A DNA stretch of 64,000 nucleotides from the NCBI GenBank assembly GCA_963803165.1, contig CAWDLK010000008.1, forward strand, positions 8,790 through 72,789. Reading direction: 5' to 3'. The notes beneath the pieces were generated by a model that was given only the letters and a program-made list of their open reading frames with translations, was not told the DNA's origin and did not search any database. Positions within the stretch are counted from its first letter, which is position 1. Each line of letters begins with the position of its first letter. Of the stretch, positions 31,225 through 40,575 are shown in pieces. A program made the translations under genes and the position numbers. This DNA comes from an uncultured Chloroflexia bacterium. GTDB lineage: Bacteria > Chloroflexota > Dormibacteria > Aeolococcales > Aeolococcaceae.

Positions 31225-32285
31225 GCCCCTGTCCTCTGTGCGGTTCCGTGACCCTCGGAGGCGAGCACCTCCTCCATCCCCGGCGCGGTCTTGGCCCCCA
31301 GCCAGCTCATCTTGGAGCGCAGCTCGGCCCCGACCCTCTCCACCGGGTGGTGGCGATCCTCGTCGCGGTACTCCAGGAAGTTGGGCAGCCCCTGGGCGTT
31401 CTCCTCGATCCAGCGCTTGGCGAAGCTGCCGTCCTGGATGTCCTTGAGCAACGCCCGCATCGCCTGCCGGCTGGTCTCGTTGACGACCTTGGGGCCGCTC
31501 ACGTAGTCGCCGTACTCGGCGGTGTCGCTCACCGAGTAGCGCATGTAGGAGAGCCCGCCCTGGTACATGAGGTCGACGATGAGCTTGAGCTCGTGCATCA
31601 CCTCGAAGTAGGCGAGCTCGGGCTGGTAGCCGGCCTCCACCAGGGTCTCGAAGCCGGCCTTGACCAGCGAGGACACCCCGCCGCAGAGCACGGCCTGCTC
31701 CCCGAAGAGGTCGGTCTCCGTCTCCTCGGCGAAGGTGGTCTCGAGCACCCCGGCGCGGGTGCCACCGATGCCCCGGGCGTAGGCCAGGGTGCGGGCGCGC
31801 GCCCTGCCGGTGGCGTCCTGGTGCACCGCGAAGAGGCAGGGCACGCCCTGACCGTCGGCGTAGGTGCGGCGGACCAGGTGTCCGGGACCCTTGGGTGCCA
31901 CCATGCTGACGTCGACGCCCGCGGGCGGCTGGATCAGCTCGTAGCGGATGTTGAACCCGTGGGCGAACATCAGCATGTCGCCCGGCTTGAGGCTGGGCGC
32001 GATGGCGGTGTCGTAGAGCTCTCGCTGGCGGGTGTCGGGGATCAGCACCATGATCACGTCGGCCTCGGCGGAGGCCTCCGCGGGGGTGAGCACCCGCAGC
32101 CCCTCGGCCGCGGCCGCCTCCCGGCTCCGGCTCGTCTCCGGCAGCCCGACCCGGACGTCGAACCCGGAGTCGCGCAGGTTGAGGGCGTGGGCGTGGCCCT
32201 GCGAGCCATAGCCAAGGATGGCGATCCTCTGCCCCTCCAGGGCCCCCGGGTCGGCGTCGGCGTCGTAGTACATGCGGGCGGTCAT
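31221..32285 (-). CDS. ilvC: Ketol-acid reductoisomerase
   Basis: [11 protein letters not shown]...[21 protein letters not shown]...[10 protein letters not shown]. Start moved from 32450 to 32285. Confidence 0.9.
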   Translation of the reverse strand: MTARMYYDADADPGALEGQRIAILGYGSQGHAHALNLRDSGFDVRVGLPETSRSREAAAAEGLRVLTPAEASAEADVIMVLIPDTRQRELYDTAIAPSLKPGDMLMFAHGFNIRYELIQPPAGVDVSMVAPKGPGHLVRRTYADGQGVPCLFAVHQDATGRARARTLAYARGIGGTRAGVLETTFAEETETDLFGEQAVLCGGVSSLVKAGFETLVEAGYQPELAYFEVMHELKLIVDLMYQGGLSYMRYSVSDTAEYGDYVSGPKVVNETSRQAMRALLKDIQDGSFAKRWIEENAQGLPNFLEYRDEDRHHPVERVGAELRSKMSWLGAKTAPGMEEVLASEGHGTAQRTGA

Positions 32286-32376
32286 TGCGGGAGTGGTCCT
32301 CCGGGTGCCTGGGACGCGGTCGCCGGGGTCGGGTGACCGCCGGTGGATCTGATCACGGCGTGGATTCTGCCTTGCA

Positions 32377-32961
32377 CTAGATGTCCCCTGTCGTGTCGCC
32401 GCCGCTGGCGGCGAGGGCCAGGGCAGGGCGGCTGCCGCCCGCCAACTCACCGTCCAGGTCGGGGAGGCTGATTCCGACCTGATCGCCCCGGACCAGGGCG
32501 ACCGCCCCGCTCCGGGCGACCTCCTTGATCCCGAATGGGCGCATCAGCTCCACGAAGTTGTCGATCTTCTCGGTGGTCCCGGTCACCTCGATGATCATGG
32601 AGCTCGAGGCGATGTCCACGATCCGTCCCAAAAAGACGTTGACCACTTGAAGGAGCTCGGTCCGCTGCCCCAGCGGCGCGTTCATCCGGATCAGGAGCAG
32701 CTCGTGGGACACGTTGCGCAGCTCGGTGATGTCCTCGATGCTGATCACGTCGATCAGCTTGGACAGCTGTTTGGTGGCCTGCTCGGCCTGCTGGCGGCCG
32801 ACGTGGACGGCGATGGTCATCCGCGAGACCGGGTCGTCCTCGGTGGGTCCGACCGAGAGGGAGTCGATGTTGAAGCCGCGCCGGCGGATCATCGAGGCGA
32901 CCCGGTTGAGCACGCCCGGCCGGTTCTCGACCAGCACGGAGAGGAGGCGGCTGGGGTTCAT
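32377..32961 (-). CDS. ilvN: Acetolactate synthase small (regulatory) subunit
   Basis: [32 protein letters not shown] (ACT domain). Confidence 0.9.
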   Translation of the reverse strand: MNPSRLLSVLVENRPGVLNRVASMIRRRGFNIDSLSVGPTEDDPVSRMTIAVHVGRQQAEQATKQLSKLIDVISIEDITELRNVSHELLLIRMNAPLGQRTELLQVVNVFLGRIVDIASSSMIIEVTGTTEKIDNFVELMRPFGIKEVARSGAVALVRGDQVGISLPDLDGELAGGSRPALALAASGGDTTGDI

Positions 32962-34715
32962 CAGCTCGCCTCCACGAAGTCGAGCATCCCCTTGCCCAGG
33001 GGCACGATGGGGTAGACGTTGGCGCGCGGGTCGATGTCGAAGGCGAGCAGCACCGGACCCCGGTGGGCGAGCGCCTCGTCGAGCATGCGTCCCACGTCCT
33101 CACGGCGGTCGGTGCGCAGCGCCTTCATGCCGAAGGCCTCGCCCAGCTTGACGAAGTCGGGGGTGCAGGTGAGCTGGACGGCGCTCTGCACGCCGTCGTA
33201 GAAGTCGTCCTGGAACTGGCGCACCATGCCCAGCGAGTTGTTGTTGAGGATGACGACGTTGACGTCGATCTGGTTCTCCACCATGGTCGCCATCTCCTGC
33301 ATGTTCATCAGGAAGCCACCGTCGCCGGTGACGCAGAAGACGGAGCGGTCGGGGTTGCTGAGCTTGACTCCCATGGAGGCGGGGAAGGCGTAGCCCATGG
33401 TGCCCATGCCCCCGGAGTTGAGGAAGCGACCGGGCTTGGCGTAGTTGAACCAGAGTGCGGACCAGATCTGGTTGTTGCCGACGTCGGCGATCACGATCGC
33501 CTCGTCGTGGCAGCGCGCGTACATCTCCTCGAGCACCTCCTGGGGCTGCAGGAAGCCCTCGCGCTTGACGTAGTGGACCGGGTGCTCCTCCCGCCACTGG
33601 TCGATCTGGGTCAGCCATTCGTGCTCGCGCTTGGGCTCGACCATGGGGAGGAGCTCGCGGAGTGCGGTCCTGGCGTCGGCGACCACGGAGACGTGGGGGA
33701 CCACGCTCTTGCCGATCTCGGCGGGGTCGATGTCGATGTGGATCAGGTGCTCGACGCGGGGTGCGAAGGAGTCCAGCCGGGTGGTCACCCGGTCGTCGCA
33801 GCGCATCCCCACCATCATCAGCACGTCCGCGTCGCAGACCGCCTTGTTGGTGTAGCCGGCGCCCATGAAGCCGACCATCTGGAGCGCCATCGGATCCTGG
33901 AGTGGGAAGGCCCCGGTGCCGAGCAGGGTCCAGCCGACCGGGATGCTGGCGCGGTGGGCCAGCTCGAGCACCTCCTCCTCGGCCCCGGAGATGATCACGC
34001 CGCGCCCGATCAGCATCACCGGCCGCTTGGCCTGCTTGATCAGCTCGGCGATGCGCTGGAGCTTGGCGGTGTCCGGGGCCGGCGGCGCCGGGAAGGAGCG
34101 CAGCCGCACCGGCTCCTCCGGGTAGTTGAACTCGGTCACGGCGGCCTGGAGGTCCTTGGGGAAGTCGATCACCACCGGGCCGGGACGGCCGGAGCGGGCG
34201 ACGTGAAAGGCCTCCTTGATGGTGGGGGCGATGTCCTCGGCCCGGGTCACCAGGTAGGAGTGCTTGACCACCGACATGGTGGAGCCGATGACGTCCGACT
34301 CCTGGAAGCTGTCGGTGCCGATGGCGGCGACCGCCACCTGGCCGGTGATGGCCACCACCGGCACCGAGTCGGCGTAGGCGGTGCCGAGCCCGGTGACCAG
34401 GTTGAGGGCCCCCGGGCCGCTGGTGGCGAAGCACACCCCCACGGCGCCGCGCCGGCTGCGCGCGTAGCCGTCGGCGGCGTGGGCGGCGGCCTGCTCGTGC
34501 CGGACCAGGATGTGGTGCAGCTGCGGGTACTCGGGGAGGCGGCGGTAGATCCAGAGGTTGGCCCCGCCCGGGTAGCCGAAGATGGTGTCGACGCCCTCGC
34601 GGATCAGCGACTCGAGGCAGATCTCGGCACCGCTGAGGCGCCGGGGGGCGGAGCCTCCCGGCCTCTCCAGCGAGGGGGCGGGGGCGGGCGCGGGCTGGGG
34701 TCGGGCGCCGATCAC
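32961..34715 (-). CDS. ilvB: Acetolactate synthase large subunit
   Basis: GVDTIFGYPGGA, TPP motif GGMGTMGYAFPASMG...GDGGFLMN. GTG 34715 chosen because GAGGG lies 8 nt upstream and it gives a normal-length N-terminus. Confidence 0.85.
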   Translation of the reverse strand: MIGARPQPAPAPAPSLERPGGSAPRRLSGAEICLESLIREGVDTIFGYPGGANLWIYRRLPEYPQLHHILVRHEQAAAHAADGYARSRRGAVGVCFATSGPGALNLVTGLGTAYADSVPVVAITGQVAVAAIGTDSFQESDVIGSTMSVVKHSYLVTRAEDIAPTIKEAFHVARSGRPGPVVIDFPKDLQAAVTEFNYPEEPVRLRSFPAPPAPDTAKLQRIAELIKQAKRPVMLIGRGVIISGAEEEVLELAHRASIPVGWTLLGTGAFPLQDPMALQMVGFMGAGYTNKAVCDADVLMMVGMRCDDRVTTRLDSFAPRVEHLIHIDIDPAEIGKSVVPHVSVVADARTALRELLPMVEPKREHEWLTQIDQWREEHPVHYVKREGFLQPQEVLEEMYARCHDEAIVIADVGNNQIWSALWFNYAKPGRFLNSGGMGTMGYAFPASMGVKLSNPDRSVFCVTGDGGFLMNMQEMATMVENQIDVNVVILNNNSLGMVRQFQDDFYDGVQSAVQLTCTPDFVKLGEAFGMKALRTDRREDVGRMLDEALAHRGPVLLAFDIDPRANVYPIVPLGKGMLDFVEAS

Positions 34716-34951
34716 TGGAACGCCCTCTGCATGGCCTGGAGGACGAAGTCGGCGCCGGCGTCGTCGCGGCGGGCCCGCGCCGATCGCGCGGCCGCGGCCG
34801 CCGGTGCGGTGCCGCGACCCCGGTGGGAGGCTGCCGCGAGCAGACCCCACTGCGAGCCGACGTCGCGCCGGCGCGCGTCGACCCCCCGGCCGTGCCGGCG
34901 CTGCGCGCCGCCCCGGGGCCGTGGGCTCGGTCCCTGTCCGTTGCTCGCCAT
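34712..34951 (-). CDS. Possible 79-aa upstream ORF translationally coupled to ilvB
   Basis: AGGAGG lies 5 nt before ATG 34951. Its stop TGA overlaps the ilvB GTG (GTGA). The product is Arg/Ala/Gly-rich and unrecognisable, so coding status is uncertain. Confidence 0.2.
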   Translation of the reverse strand: MASNGQGPSPRPRGGAQRRHGRGVDARRRDVGSQWGLLAAASHRGRGTAPAAAAARSARARRDDAGADFVLQAMQRAFQ

Positions 34952-34970
34952 GTCTGCCTCCTGCTCGGAC

Positions 34971-35013
34971 CCGGACACAAAAGAAGGGGCCCCCTCCTGG
35001 GAGGGGGCCCCTT
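34971..35013 (-). terminator. Intrinsic terminator / attenuator hairpin between the leader peptide and ilvB
   Basis: Minus-strand RNA reads AAGGGGCCCCCUCC-CA-GGAGGGGGCCCCUU (14-nt perfectly complementary arms, 34984-35013), followed by CUUUUGUGU. Confidence 0.6.
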
Positions 35014-35040
35014 GGCTTGTTCCGGTCTGGTTCTGGTGGC

Positions 35041-35133
35041 CTACGTGCGCACCCACCCGGCCTGAAGCCTGGAAGCCCCGCTCCTAATCAGGAGCAGGCC
35101 CAGCAGCAGTACCAGGGCGGCGGCGTAGGTCAT
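35041..35133 (-). CDS. Leu/Val/Ile-rich leader peptide of the ilv-leu operon (30 aa)
   Basis: Below the track's size cut-off. ATG 35133 gives MTYAAALVLLLGLLLIRSGASRLQAGWVRT and then a stop. There are 9 branched-chain residues in positions 7-16. It sits between a sigma70-like promoter and the terminator hairpin. Confidence 0.55.
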   Translation of the reverse strand: MTYAAALVLLLGLLLIRSGASRLQAGWVRT

Positions 35134-35144
35134 CGTGGCCCCGG

Positions 35145-35174
35145 AGCATACCGTGGGGGCGGTTGCGGCGTCAA
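35145..35174 (-). promoter_or_regulatory. Sigma70-like promoter for the ilv-leu leader
   Basis: Minus strand reads TTGACG (35174-35169), an 18-nt spacer, then TATGCT (35150-35145). The -10 ends 11 nt before the leader ATG. Confidence 0.45.
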
Positions 35175-35289
35175 CCGAGCCGAGGTGACGATCGTGATAC
35201 GTCGTCGGCCGCACCCCTGCGAGTGCCACCCTCTCCCCGCGGGCGCCGGCTCTGGAGGTGGGCGGCGGAGCCCTGTATCCTTGCAGGCC

Positions 35290-37005
35290 ATGACCCAGAA
35301 CGGACACTCCCGCCGCAGCGCCGTGATGCTCCACGGCCCCGACCGCGCCCCCGCCCGGGCGATGCTCCACGCCATCGGATTCAGCCGCGAGGACCTGGAG
35401 CGACCCATCATCGGGGTCGGACACGCATGGATCGAGACCATGCCGTGCAACTGGAACCATCGGGCCCTGGCCGAGCAGGTGAAGGCCGGCATCCGCGCCG
35501 CCGGCGGGACCCCGATGGAGTTCAACACCATCGCGGTGAGCGACGGCGTCTCCATGGGGACCGAGGGGATGAAGGCGTCGCTGGTCTCGCGCGAGGTGAT
35601 CGCCGACTCCATCGAGGTGGTGACCCGCGGCCACAGCTTCGACGGCCTCGCCCTCATCGTCGGCTGCGACAAGACCATCCCGGCGGCGGCCATGGCCCTC
35701 TGCCGCATGGACCTCCCCGGGCTCGTCCTCTACGGCGGCACCATCGCCCCGGGGCGGCTCCGCGACCGTGACGACCTCACCGTGCAGGACGTCTTCGAGG
35801 CCGTCGGCGCCTTCAACGCGGGGCGGATCGACGATCGGGAGCTGCGCGCGGTGGAGGAGGCGGCCTGCCCGGGCGCGGGTGCCTGCGGAGGTCAGTACAC
35901 GGCCAACACCATGAGCGGTGCGCTCGAGTTCCTCGGCCTCAGCCCCGCCGGGGCCAACGGCGTCCCCGCCGTCCACGCCGAGAAGGCCCGGGCCGCCGAG
36001 GCGGCCGGCCGGCTGGCGGTGCGGCTGGTCACCGAGGACGTCCGACCCCGTTCCATCGTGACCCGGGCGGCCCTGGAGAACGCCATCGCCTACTTCTCGG
36101 CCACCGGTGGGTCGACCAACGCGGTGCTGCACCTGCTCGCCATCGCCGCCGAGGCCGAGGTGGCCCTGGACATCGAGGACTTCCAGGCGATCTGCGCCCG
36201 CACCCCGATCCTCGCCGACCTCCGGCCCGGGGGACGCTTCGTCGCCACCGACATCCACCGCGCCGGCGGTCTGGCGGTGCTGATGCAGCGCCTGCTCAGC
36301 CTCGGGCTGCTCCACGGCGACGCCCGCAACGTGGAGGGGCGGACCCTCGCCGAGATCGCCGCCGCCGCCCACGAGACCCCGGGCCAGCAGGTGTTCCGGC
36401 CCGCCGACAACCCGGTCCGCGCCCACGGCGGCATCGCCATCTTGCGTGGCAACCTGGCCGCCGGCGGCAGCGTCATCAAGCTGGCCGGACACGACAAGAC
36501 CACCCACCGAGGTCCCGCCCGCGTCTTCGACTCCGAGAACCAGGCCTTTGCCGGGGTGCGCGAGGGGAGGGTGCAGGCCGGCGACGTGGTGGTCATCCGC
36601 TACGAGGGCCCGGTGGGCGGTCCGGGGATGCAGGAGATGCTCTCGGTCACCGGCGCGCTCGCCGGCGCCGGCCTCGACGACTTCGTGGCCCTGGTCACCG
36701 ACGGCCGCTTCTCCGGCGCGACCCACGGTTTCATGGTCGCCCACGTGGTGCCGGAGGCCGCCCTCGGCGGTCCGCTGGCGGTGCTGCGCGATGGTGACAT
36801 CGTGCGCATCGACGTAGCCGCGCGGGAGCTCTCGGTCGAGCTGCCCGACGCGGAGATCGCCGAGCGGCTGCGCGCCTGGACGCCGCCCCAGCCCCGCTAC
36901 CGCACCGGTGCCTTCGCCAAGTACGCCGCCATGGTCTCCTCGGCGAGCCAGGGCGCCGTCACCCGGCCGGCGGGCACCGAGGTGAGCGCACCGGCGCGGG
37001 TCTGA
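35290..37005 (+). CDS. ilvD: Dihydroxy-acid dehydratase
   Basis: MTQNGHSRRSAVMLHGPDRAPARAMLHAIGF..., CDKTIPAAAM, GACGGQYTANTM, ATGGSTNAVLHL. Start moved from 34582 to 35290. Confidence 0.9.
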   Translation: MTQNGHSRRSAVMLHGPDRAPARAMLHAIGFSREDLERPIIGVGHAWIETMPCNWNHRALAEQVKAGIRAAGGTPMEFNTIAVSDGVSMGTEGMKASLVSREVIADSIEVVTRGHSFDGLALIVGCDKTIPAAAMALCRMDLPGLVLYGGTIAPGRLRDRDDLTVQDVFEAVGAFNAGRIDDRELRAVEEAACPGAGACGGQYTANTMSGALEFLGLSPAGANGVPAVHAEKARAAEAAGRLAVRLVTEDVRPRSIVTRAALENAIAYFSATGGSTNAVLHLLAIAAEAEVALDIEDFQAICARTPILADLRPGGRFVATDIHRAGGLAVLMQRLLSLGLLHGDARNVEGRTLAEIAAAAHETPGQQVFRPADNPVRAHGGIAILRGNLAAGGSVIKLAGHDKTTHRGPARVFDSENQAFAGVREGRVQAGDVVVIRYEGPVGGPGMQEMLSVTGALAGAGLDDFVALVTDGRFSGATHGFMVAHVVPEAALGGPLAVLRDGDIVRIDVAARELSVELPDAEIAERLRAWTPPQPRYRTGAFAKYAAMVSSASQGAVTRPAGTEVSAPARV

Positions 37006-37128
37006 GCCCGGTCCGTCGGTCCGACGAGATCAGCCTTGGCCATAGGAGGATGCCCTCACTTCGCCTGAGGGATGTAAGCTCGAAGCCTGCAAGGGGTTGG
37101 CGGTGGCCGGGCCGCCCGGGATCGCCTG

Positions 37129-38373
37129 CTACTCGATTACGAACGGGCGCGCCGTCCAGTCCGTCCCACCGTCGGTTGTGGTCCAGATCGTCTGATCATC
37201 ACCCACCCAGCGGCCGGTCATCGGGTCCTCGAAGCCGAGCCAGAGACTGGCGCCGACCGGCGCCGCGCTCAGGTTCAGCTGGTCGGTGGCGACGGCGGAC
37301 CAGCTCTCGCCGCCGTTGCTGGAGATCCAGAGGGTGGTGGTGTCCGGGCCTCCCCCGCCCACCGAGGCGGAGCCGATCACCAGCGTGCCGGCGCCAGGTG
37401 TGGCGAGCAGACCGACGTACGACCCGGGAACCGGGATCAGGGACCCCCAGGCGGAGCCCTCGTCGGAGGAGGTGAGCACCGCCCAACCCGGCGCCCCCTC
37501 GCAGAGAGCGGCGAGGTAGCCCATCGGCGTCACGGCGAAGGCGATCGTGCCCGCACGGTCGCCACCGGCGTCGGCACAGGGGTCGGAAAACTGCTGCCAG
37601 TTCTGGCCGCTGTTCAGAGAGCGGTACAGGGCGGCCTCCTGATCGCCGATGCCACCCCCCGCCGGGTTGCCGTAGATGGGCAGGTAGATGGTCTGGCTGC
37701 CCTGGAGGATGAGGGTGGCCGTGTCGAGGTCGCCCTGCTCGGGAATCTGGAGCAGCGTCCGCCAGGTGTCGGAGCCGGCCGGGGCCTCCTCCACGGTGCG
37801 ATTACAGGGCCCGGGACAGCCCGTGTTGTTGTAGACGACGCGAAAGACGTCTCCACCCGTCGCCTCCAGGGTCTCGACCGGCGGGCTGACCAGCTCCTGC
37901 CAGCTTTCGCCGCCGTCCACGGTCATGAAGAGGGACGGACCGAAGAGGTAGCCGATCTTCGAGGTGGCGAAGCGGATATGGCTCACGCAGGCCTCCTGCT
38001 GGCAGTCGGCAGTCTGGGGCGGGTTGGGGCCGTAGAACGAAACGGACGGGCTGGGCAGACCCTGCCAGGTGAGGCCGCCGTCGGTGGTCTCCGCCACTGC
38101 CGGGCAGAGCTGGCCTGCGCAGGGAACCGCGGCCAGGGCCCACCCCATCGAGTTGGTGACCCAGGTGAGGTCGACCACGTACGGCCCGGCCGAGGCGGGA
38201 ATGGGTGTCGGCGTCGCGACGTTCTTGCCCGGGGGAGGCGTCGAGGTGGGCGAGGCGCTCGGGGAGCTGACCAGGGCGCCCGACCGCGCCGGCGTGGAGG
38301 ATGTCAACGGGTGGATCCCCGGCCCGCAGGCGGCCGTGATCATCGCGATGCCGACCAGCCATTGGAGCCTCAC
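37129..38373 (-). CDS. Lipoprotein with BNR/Asp-box beta-propeller repeats
   Basis: MRLQWLVGIAMITAACG lipobox. TTDGGLTW, TVDGGESW, SLNSGQNW, SSDEGSAW, SSNGGESW, TTDGGTDW. Confidence 0.7.
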   Translation of the reverse strand: MRLQWLVGIAMITAACGPGIHPLTSSTPARSGALVSSPSASPTSTPPPGKNVATPTPIPASAGPYVVDLTWVTNSMGWALAAVPCAGQLCPAVAETTDGGLTWQGLPSPSVSFYGPNPPQTADCQQEACVSHIRFATSKIGYLFGPSLFMTVDGGESWQELVSPPVETLEATGGDVFRVVYNNTGCPGPCNRTVEEAPAGSDTWRTLLQIPEQGDLDTATLILQGSQTIYLPIYGNPAGGGIGDQEAALYRSLNSGQNWQQFSDPCADAGGDRAGTIAFAVTPMGYLAALCEGAPGWAVLTSSDEGSAWGSLIPVPGSYVGLLATPGAGTLVIGSASVGGGGPDTTTLWISSNGGESWSAVATDQLNLSAAPVGASLWLGFEDPMTGRWVGDDQTIWTTTDGGTDWTARPFVIE

Positions 38374-38436
38374 CCATCGCCCTCGAGAGCCCGGGACGAA
38401 CGCAGCCCCTCATCATGATCTACGTCCGTGGCGCTC

Positions 38437-38498
38437 CTCCGGTGACATGCCCCAACACTCACCCAGGCGAGGGTCCGCTTACCGTCACTGGAGCAGAC
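38437..38498 (+). repeat. Structured repeat copy A
   Basis: CTCCGGTGACATGCCCCAACACTCACCCAGGCGAGGGTCCGCTTACCGTCACTGGAGCAGAC. Outer stem 38437-38446 / 38484-38493. Confidence 0.8.
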
Positions 38499-38610
38499 GC
38501 TGCGGATGGACCAAACACCCAAGGAACTGGCGCCGGCCGAGGCTGGTCGAACATCTGAGCCGACTGAAGCGATTGAGCGGCCGAAAGCGAGCGGAACCGC
38601 TGGTGCCTGC

Positions 38611-38616
38611 TAGCGT
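38611..38616 (+). promoter_or_regulatory. -10-like TAGCGT, 9 nt before GTG 38626
   Basis: TAnnnT hexamer immediately upstream of the start codon with no SD. Short-leader or leaderless pattern. Confidence 0.3.
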
Positions 38617-38625
38617 CTCACCAGA

Positions 38626-39693
38626 GTGAAACCGCAAGCGACCACCGTCGCGGTGTTCGTCTTCTGTGTTGCAGTTGCTTTGTGCGGCTCCTCCCCGCTA
38701 GCCCTGCACGCGAGCCCACGGCCCCCAACCCCGTCGTCCAGCCCTTACCCAGGCGGGCTGAGCTCATCGGAGGCTGGCGGCCTGGGTGCTACCCCCAGCA
38801 CAGAACTCGTCGCGGTCCTTGGGGACAGCGTCGAGGTTCTGTCTGCCTCGACGGGGGCGGTGCTGCACAGCGTCACCATCGCCCCGACGTTGGGAACCGC
38901 AATCGAGGCGCAGATCGCTGTCGACCCCGCGGGGGACACGATGTATGCGTCGACGGCAGTCGGGACGAGCTGCGCTTCGAACCTGGTGGTCGACGTCGAC
39001 CTGCAGTCAGGGTCCGTGGGGGTCGTCGCGGAATTCGCGTCGGCGCCGACGATCAGCCCCGACGGGACCCAGCTCGCCTACATCACCTACTCGGGGCCCG
39101 CCTGCTCGGCGGACACGGTCACAGTCGAGGATCTCGCCTCAGGCGCGCGCCGCTCGTGGGACGTCATCACTACGGCCGCGGTCGCGAGTTGGGCGCCGCC
39201 GGAGCTGCTCAGCCTGGAGTGGGCGCCAGATGGCCGCCACCTTCTGCTGGGAAGCGTCTACGGGAACTTCAGTGGCGTCCAGATCCTCGACACCGACCAG
39301 GCGGTCGGACCCGCGAACCCTCGAGATGTCGGGCCGGCCAGCAGCGACGACCTACCCGGCGGCCGGTACAGCGATCCGGAGATGCGGCCCGACGGCGGAG
39401 TCGTCGCCCTCGAGCCGTACTTGTGGGCGGGGATCAGCGACCCGGACGTCACTGCTGGAACCGCTGTGGTGGTGCTCGATGCCATGACCGGGGACGTCAC
39501 CTCCACCCTGCTCAGCCAGCCCAACCCTGATGCGGCAGTGGGCATCGACGCCCTGGCGATCGACCCGTCGGGGACCCAGGTGGCGCTGGTGGGCGGAACA
39601 GCGCAGCAGGCTGGTCTCTATCTGGTCACCTCCGGGGCGCTGCGGCTCGTGGTACCCGACGTCGTCGCCGCCGATTGGCTCCCCGGCGGCTGA
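38626..39693 (+). CDS. Secreted protein with TolB/PD40-like beta-propeller repeats
   Basis: Hydrophobic signal VAVFVFCVAVALCGSS. ISPDGTQLAY, WAPDGRHLLL and IDPSGTQVAL repeats. Confidence 0.55.
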   Translation: MKPQATTVAVFVFCVAVALCGSSPLALHASPRPPTPSSSPYPGGLSSSEAGGLGATPSTELVAVLGDSVEVLSASTGAVLHSVTIAPTLGTAIEAQIAVDPAGDTMYASTAVGTSCASNLVVDVDLQSGSVGVVAEFASAPTISPDGTQLAYITYSGPACSADTVTVEDLASGARRSWDVITTAAVASWAPPELLSLEWAPDGRHLLLGSVYGNFSGVQILDTDQAVGPANPRDVGPASSDDLPGGRYSDPEMRPDGGVVALEPYLWAGISDPDVTAGTAVVVLDAMTGDVTSTLLSQPNPDAAVGIDALAIDPSGTQVALVGGTAQQAGLYLVTSGALRLVVPDVVAADWLPGG

Positions 39694-39723
39694 CAAGCGG
39701 TTGGCGGCCGTGGCACGGACCTA

Positions 39724-39787
39724 GCCTGAAAGGACATACCCCGACACTGGGTCGGCGGAGTGAGCTCTTACTCACACTTGAGCAGAC
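39724..39787 (+). repeat. Structured repeat copy B
   Basis: GCCTGAAAGGACATACCCCGACACTGGGTCGGCGGAGTGAGCTCTTACTCACACTTGAGCAGAC. Begins 31 nt after the stop of 38626..39693. Confidence 0.8.
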
Positions 39788-39832
39788 CGCCCGAGCGAAC
39801 CAATGGCGCCACGACAGGGGATCTCATCCCGT

Positions 39833-39838
39833 TAAGCT
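39833..39838 (+). promoter_or_regulatory. -10-like TAAGCT, 6 nt before ATG 39845
   Basis: Spacing fits transcription starting at the A of the ATG (leaderless mRNA). No SD. Confidence 0.35.
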
Positions 39839-39844
39839 GGCGGC

Positions 39845-40408
39845 ATGGTCAGGCGGGCCGGGGATGACCGTACCTGGCGCATCGGGACAGATGCCGAGGT
39901 CGCGTGGATCGCCAGCGGAACATCCATAGGCCGGACCATCACCGCCGCCATCCCGCCTACCTTCGAGGCCTACGCCACGGTGGTCTTCCCGCACGGCCGT
40001 GAAGAGTGGGGCAGGCATGATCGGGCGATCCTGGCCCTGCTCAGCGAGCAGTCGGCAGACCAGCCGTGGTGGCTTGGCTATCTCGACATCGGTGCCGACA
40101 ACTTCGCCTTCCCCGACGCGCCGAAGGTGACCTTGTACCCGTCGTGGCAGTACGTGCTGGTCGAGGCGCTGCCGGCGCAGGCCGCTACGTGGCCCTGGCC
40201 CCGGAGTGGCCCGGGGTCGGGTTTCTTGCCCAACCTGATGTTCCCTGGCGACCGCTCCTGGCTCGTCAACACGCTGTGGGACGACGACTGGACGTGTATC
40301 GGCGGACCGGCCGAGCTCGTCAACAGATTCGCGTCCCACCCCGATCTGGAGGCGAGGCTGGTGGCCCTCGGCGAGGACGCCACACCACCAGGTCATCAGG
40401 CTCTGTGA
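39845..40408 (+). CDS. Hypothetical cytoplasmic protein
   Basis: 187-aa ORF with protein-like composition (IPPTFEAYATVVFPHG...WWLGYLDIG...). No signal peptide and no recognised domain. Confidence 0.5.
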   Translation: MVRRAGDDRTWRIGTDAEVAWIASGTSIGRTITAAIPPTFEAYATVVFPHGREEWGRHDRAILALLSEQSADQPWWLGYLDIGADNFAFPDAPKVTLYPSWQYVLVEALPAQAATWPWPRSGPGSGFLPNLMFPGDRSWLVNTLWDDDWTCIGGPAELVNRFASHPDLEARLVALGEDATPPGHQAL

Positions 40409-40413
40409 CGGGC

Positions 40414-40475
40414 GCCTCATGTGTGATAGCCCAACACTGGGCCAGCGGAGAGTGTTGTCACTCACATCCGAATCG
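40414..40475 (+). repeat. Structured repeat copy C
   Basis: GCCTCATGTGTGATAGCCCAACACTGGGCCAGCGGAGAGTGTTGTCACTCACATCCGAATCG. Begins 6 nt after the stop of 39845..40408. Confidence 0.8.
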
Positions 40476-40561
40476 CGGCCTGGCGCCGCTCATGGGCCAG
40501 AGTCAACATGTAACATCTACGAGCCCCGGTAGGTTCTCGCGAGGTACGGGAACTTCCGCTG

Positions 40562-40567
40562 CATAAT
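40562..40567 (+). promoter_or_regulatory. -10-like CATAAT, 8 nt before ATG 40576
   Basis: AT-rich hexamer directly upstream of the start. No SD. Confidence 0.3.
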
Positions 40568-40575
40568 CGAGTCGA

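Noticed and set aside
31083-32450. Long N-terminal extension of ilvC (ORF start 32450), and certainty about the leuA start at 31224.
   Set aside because: The ilvC family sequence begins at MTARMYYD (32285), and the upstream part overlaps ilvN out of frame. For leuA the upstream Gly-rich 48 aa are unsupported, but the ATGA coupling with ilvC is attractive. The long form is reported with a note rather than rejected outright.
34716-34850. ATG at 34850 as the ilvB start.
   Set aside because: It would add ~45 Arg/Gly/Pro-rich residues with no SD. GTG 34715 has a GAGGG site and gives the usual distance to the GVDTIFGYPGG motif.
37053-37071. Hairpin CCCTCA-N7-TGAGGG after ilvD as a seventh, degenerate copy of the structured repeat or as the ilvD terminator.
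   Set aside because: Similarity to the repeat core is limited to a few bases (GAGGGATGT versus AAGGGACAT). The stem is only 6 bp with no U-tract. This is too weak to call either way.
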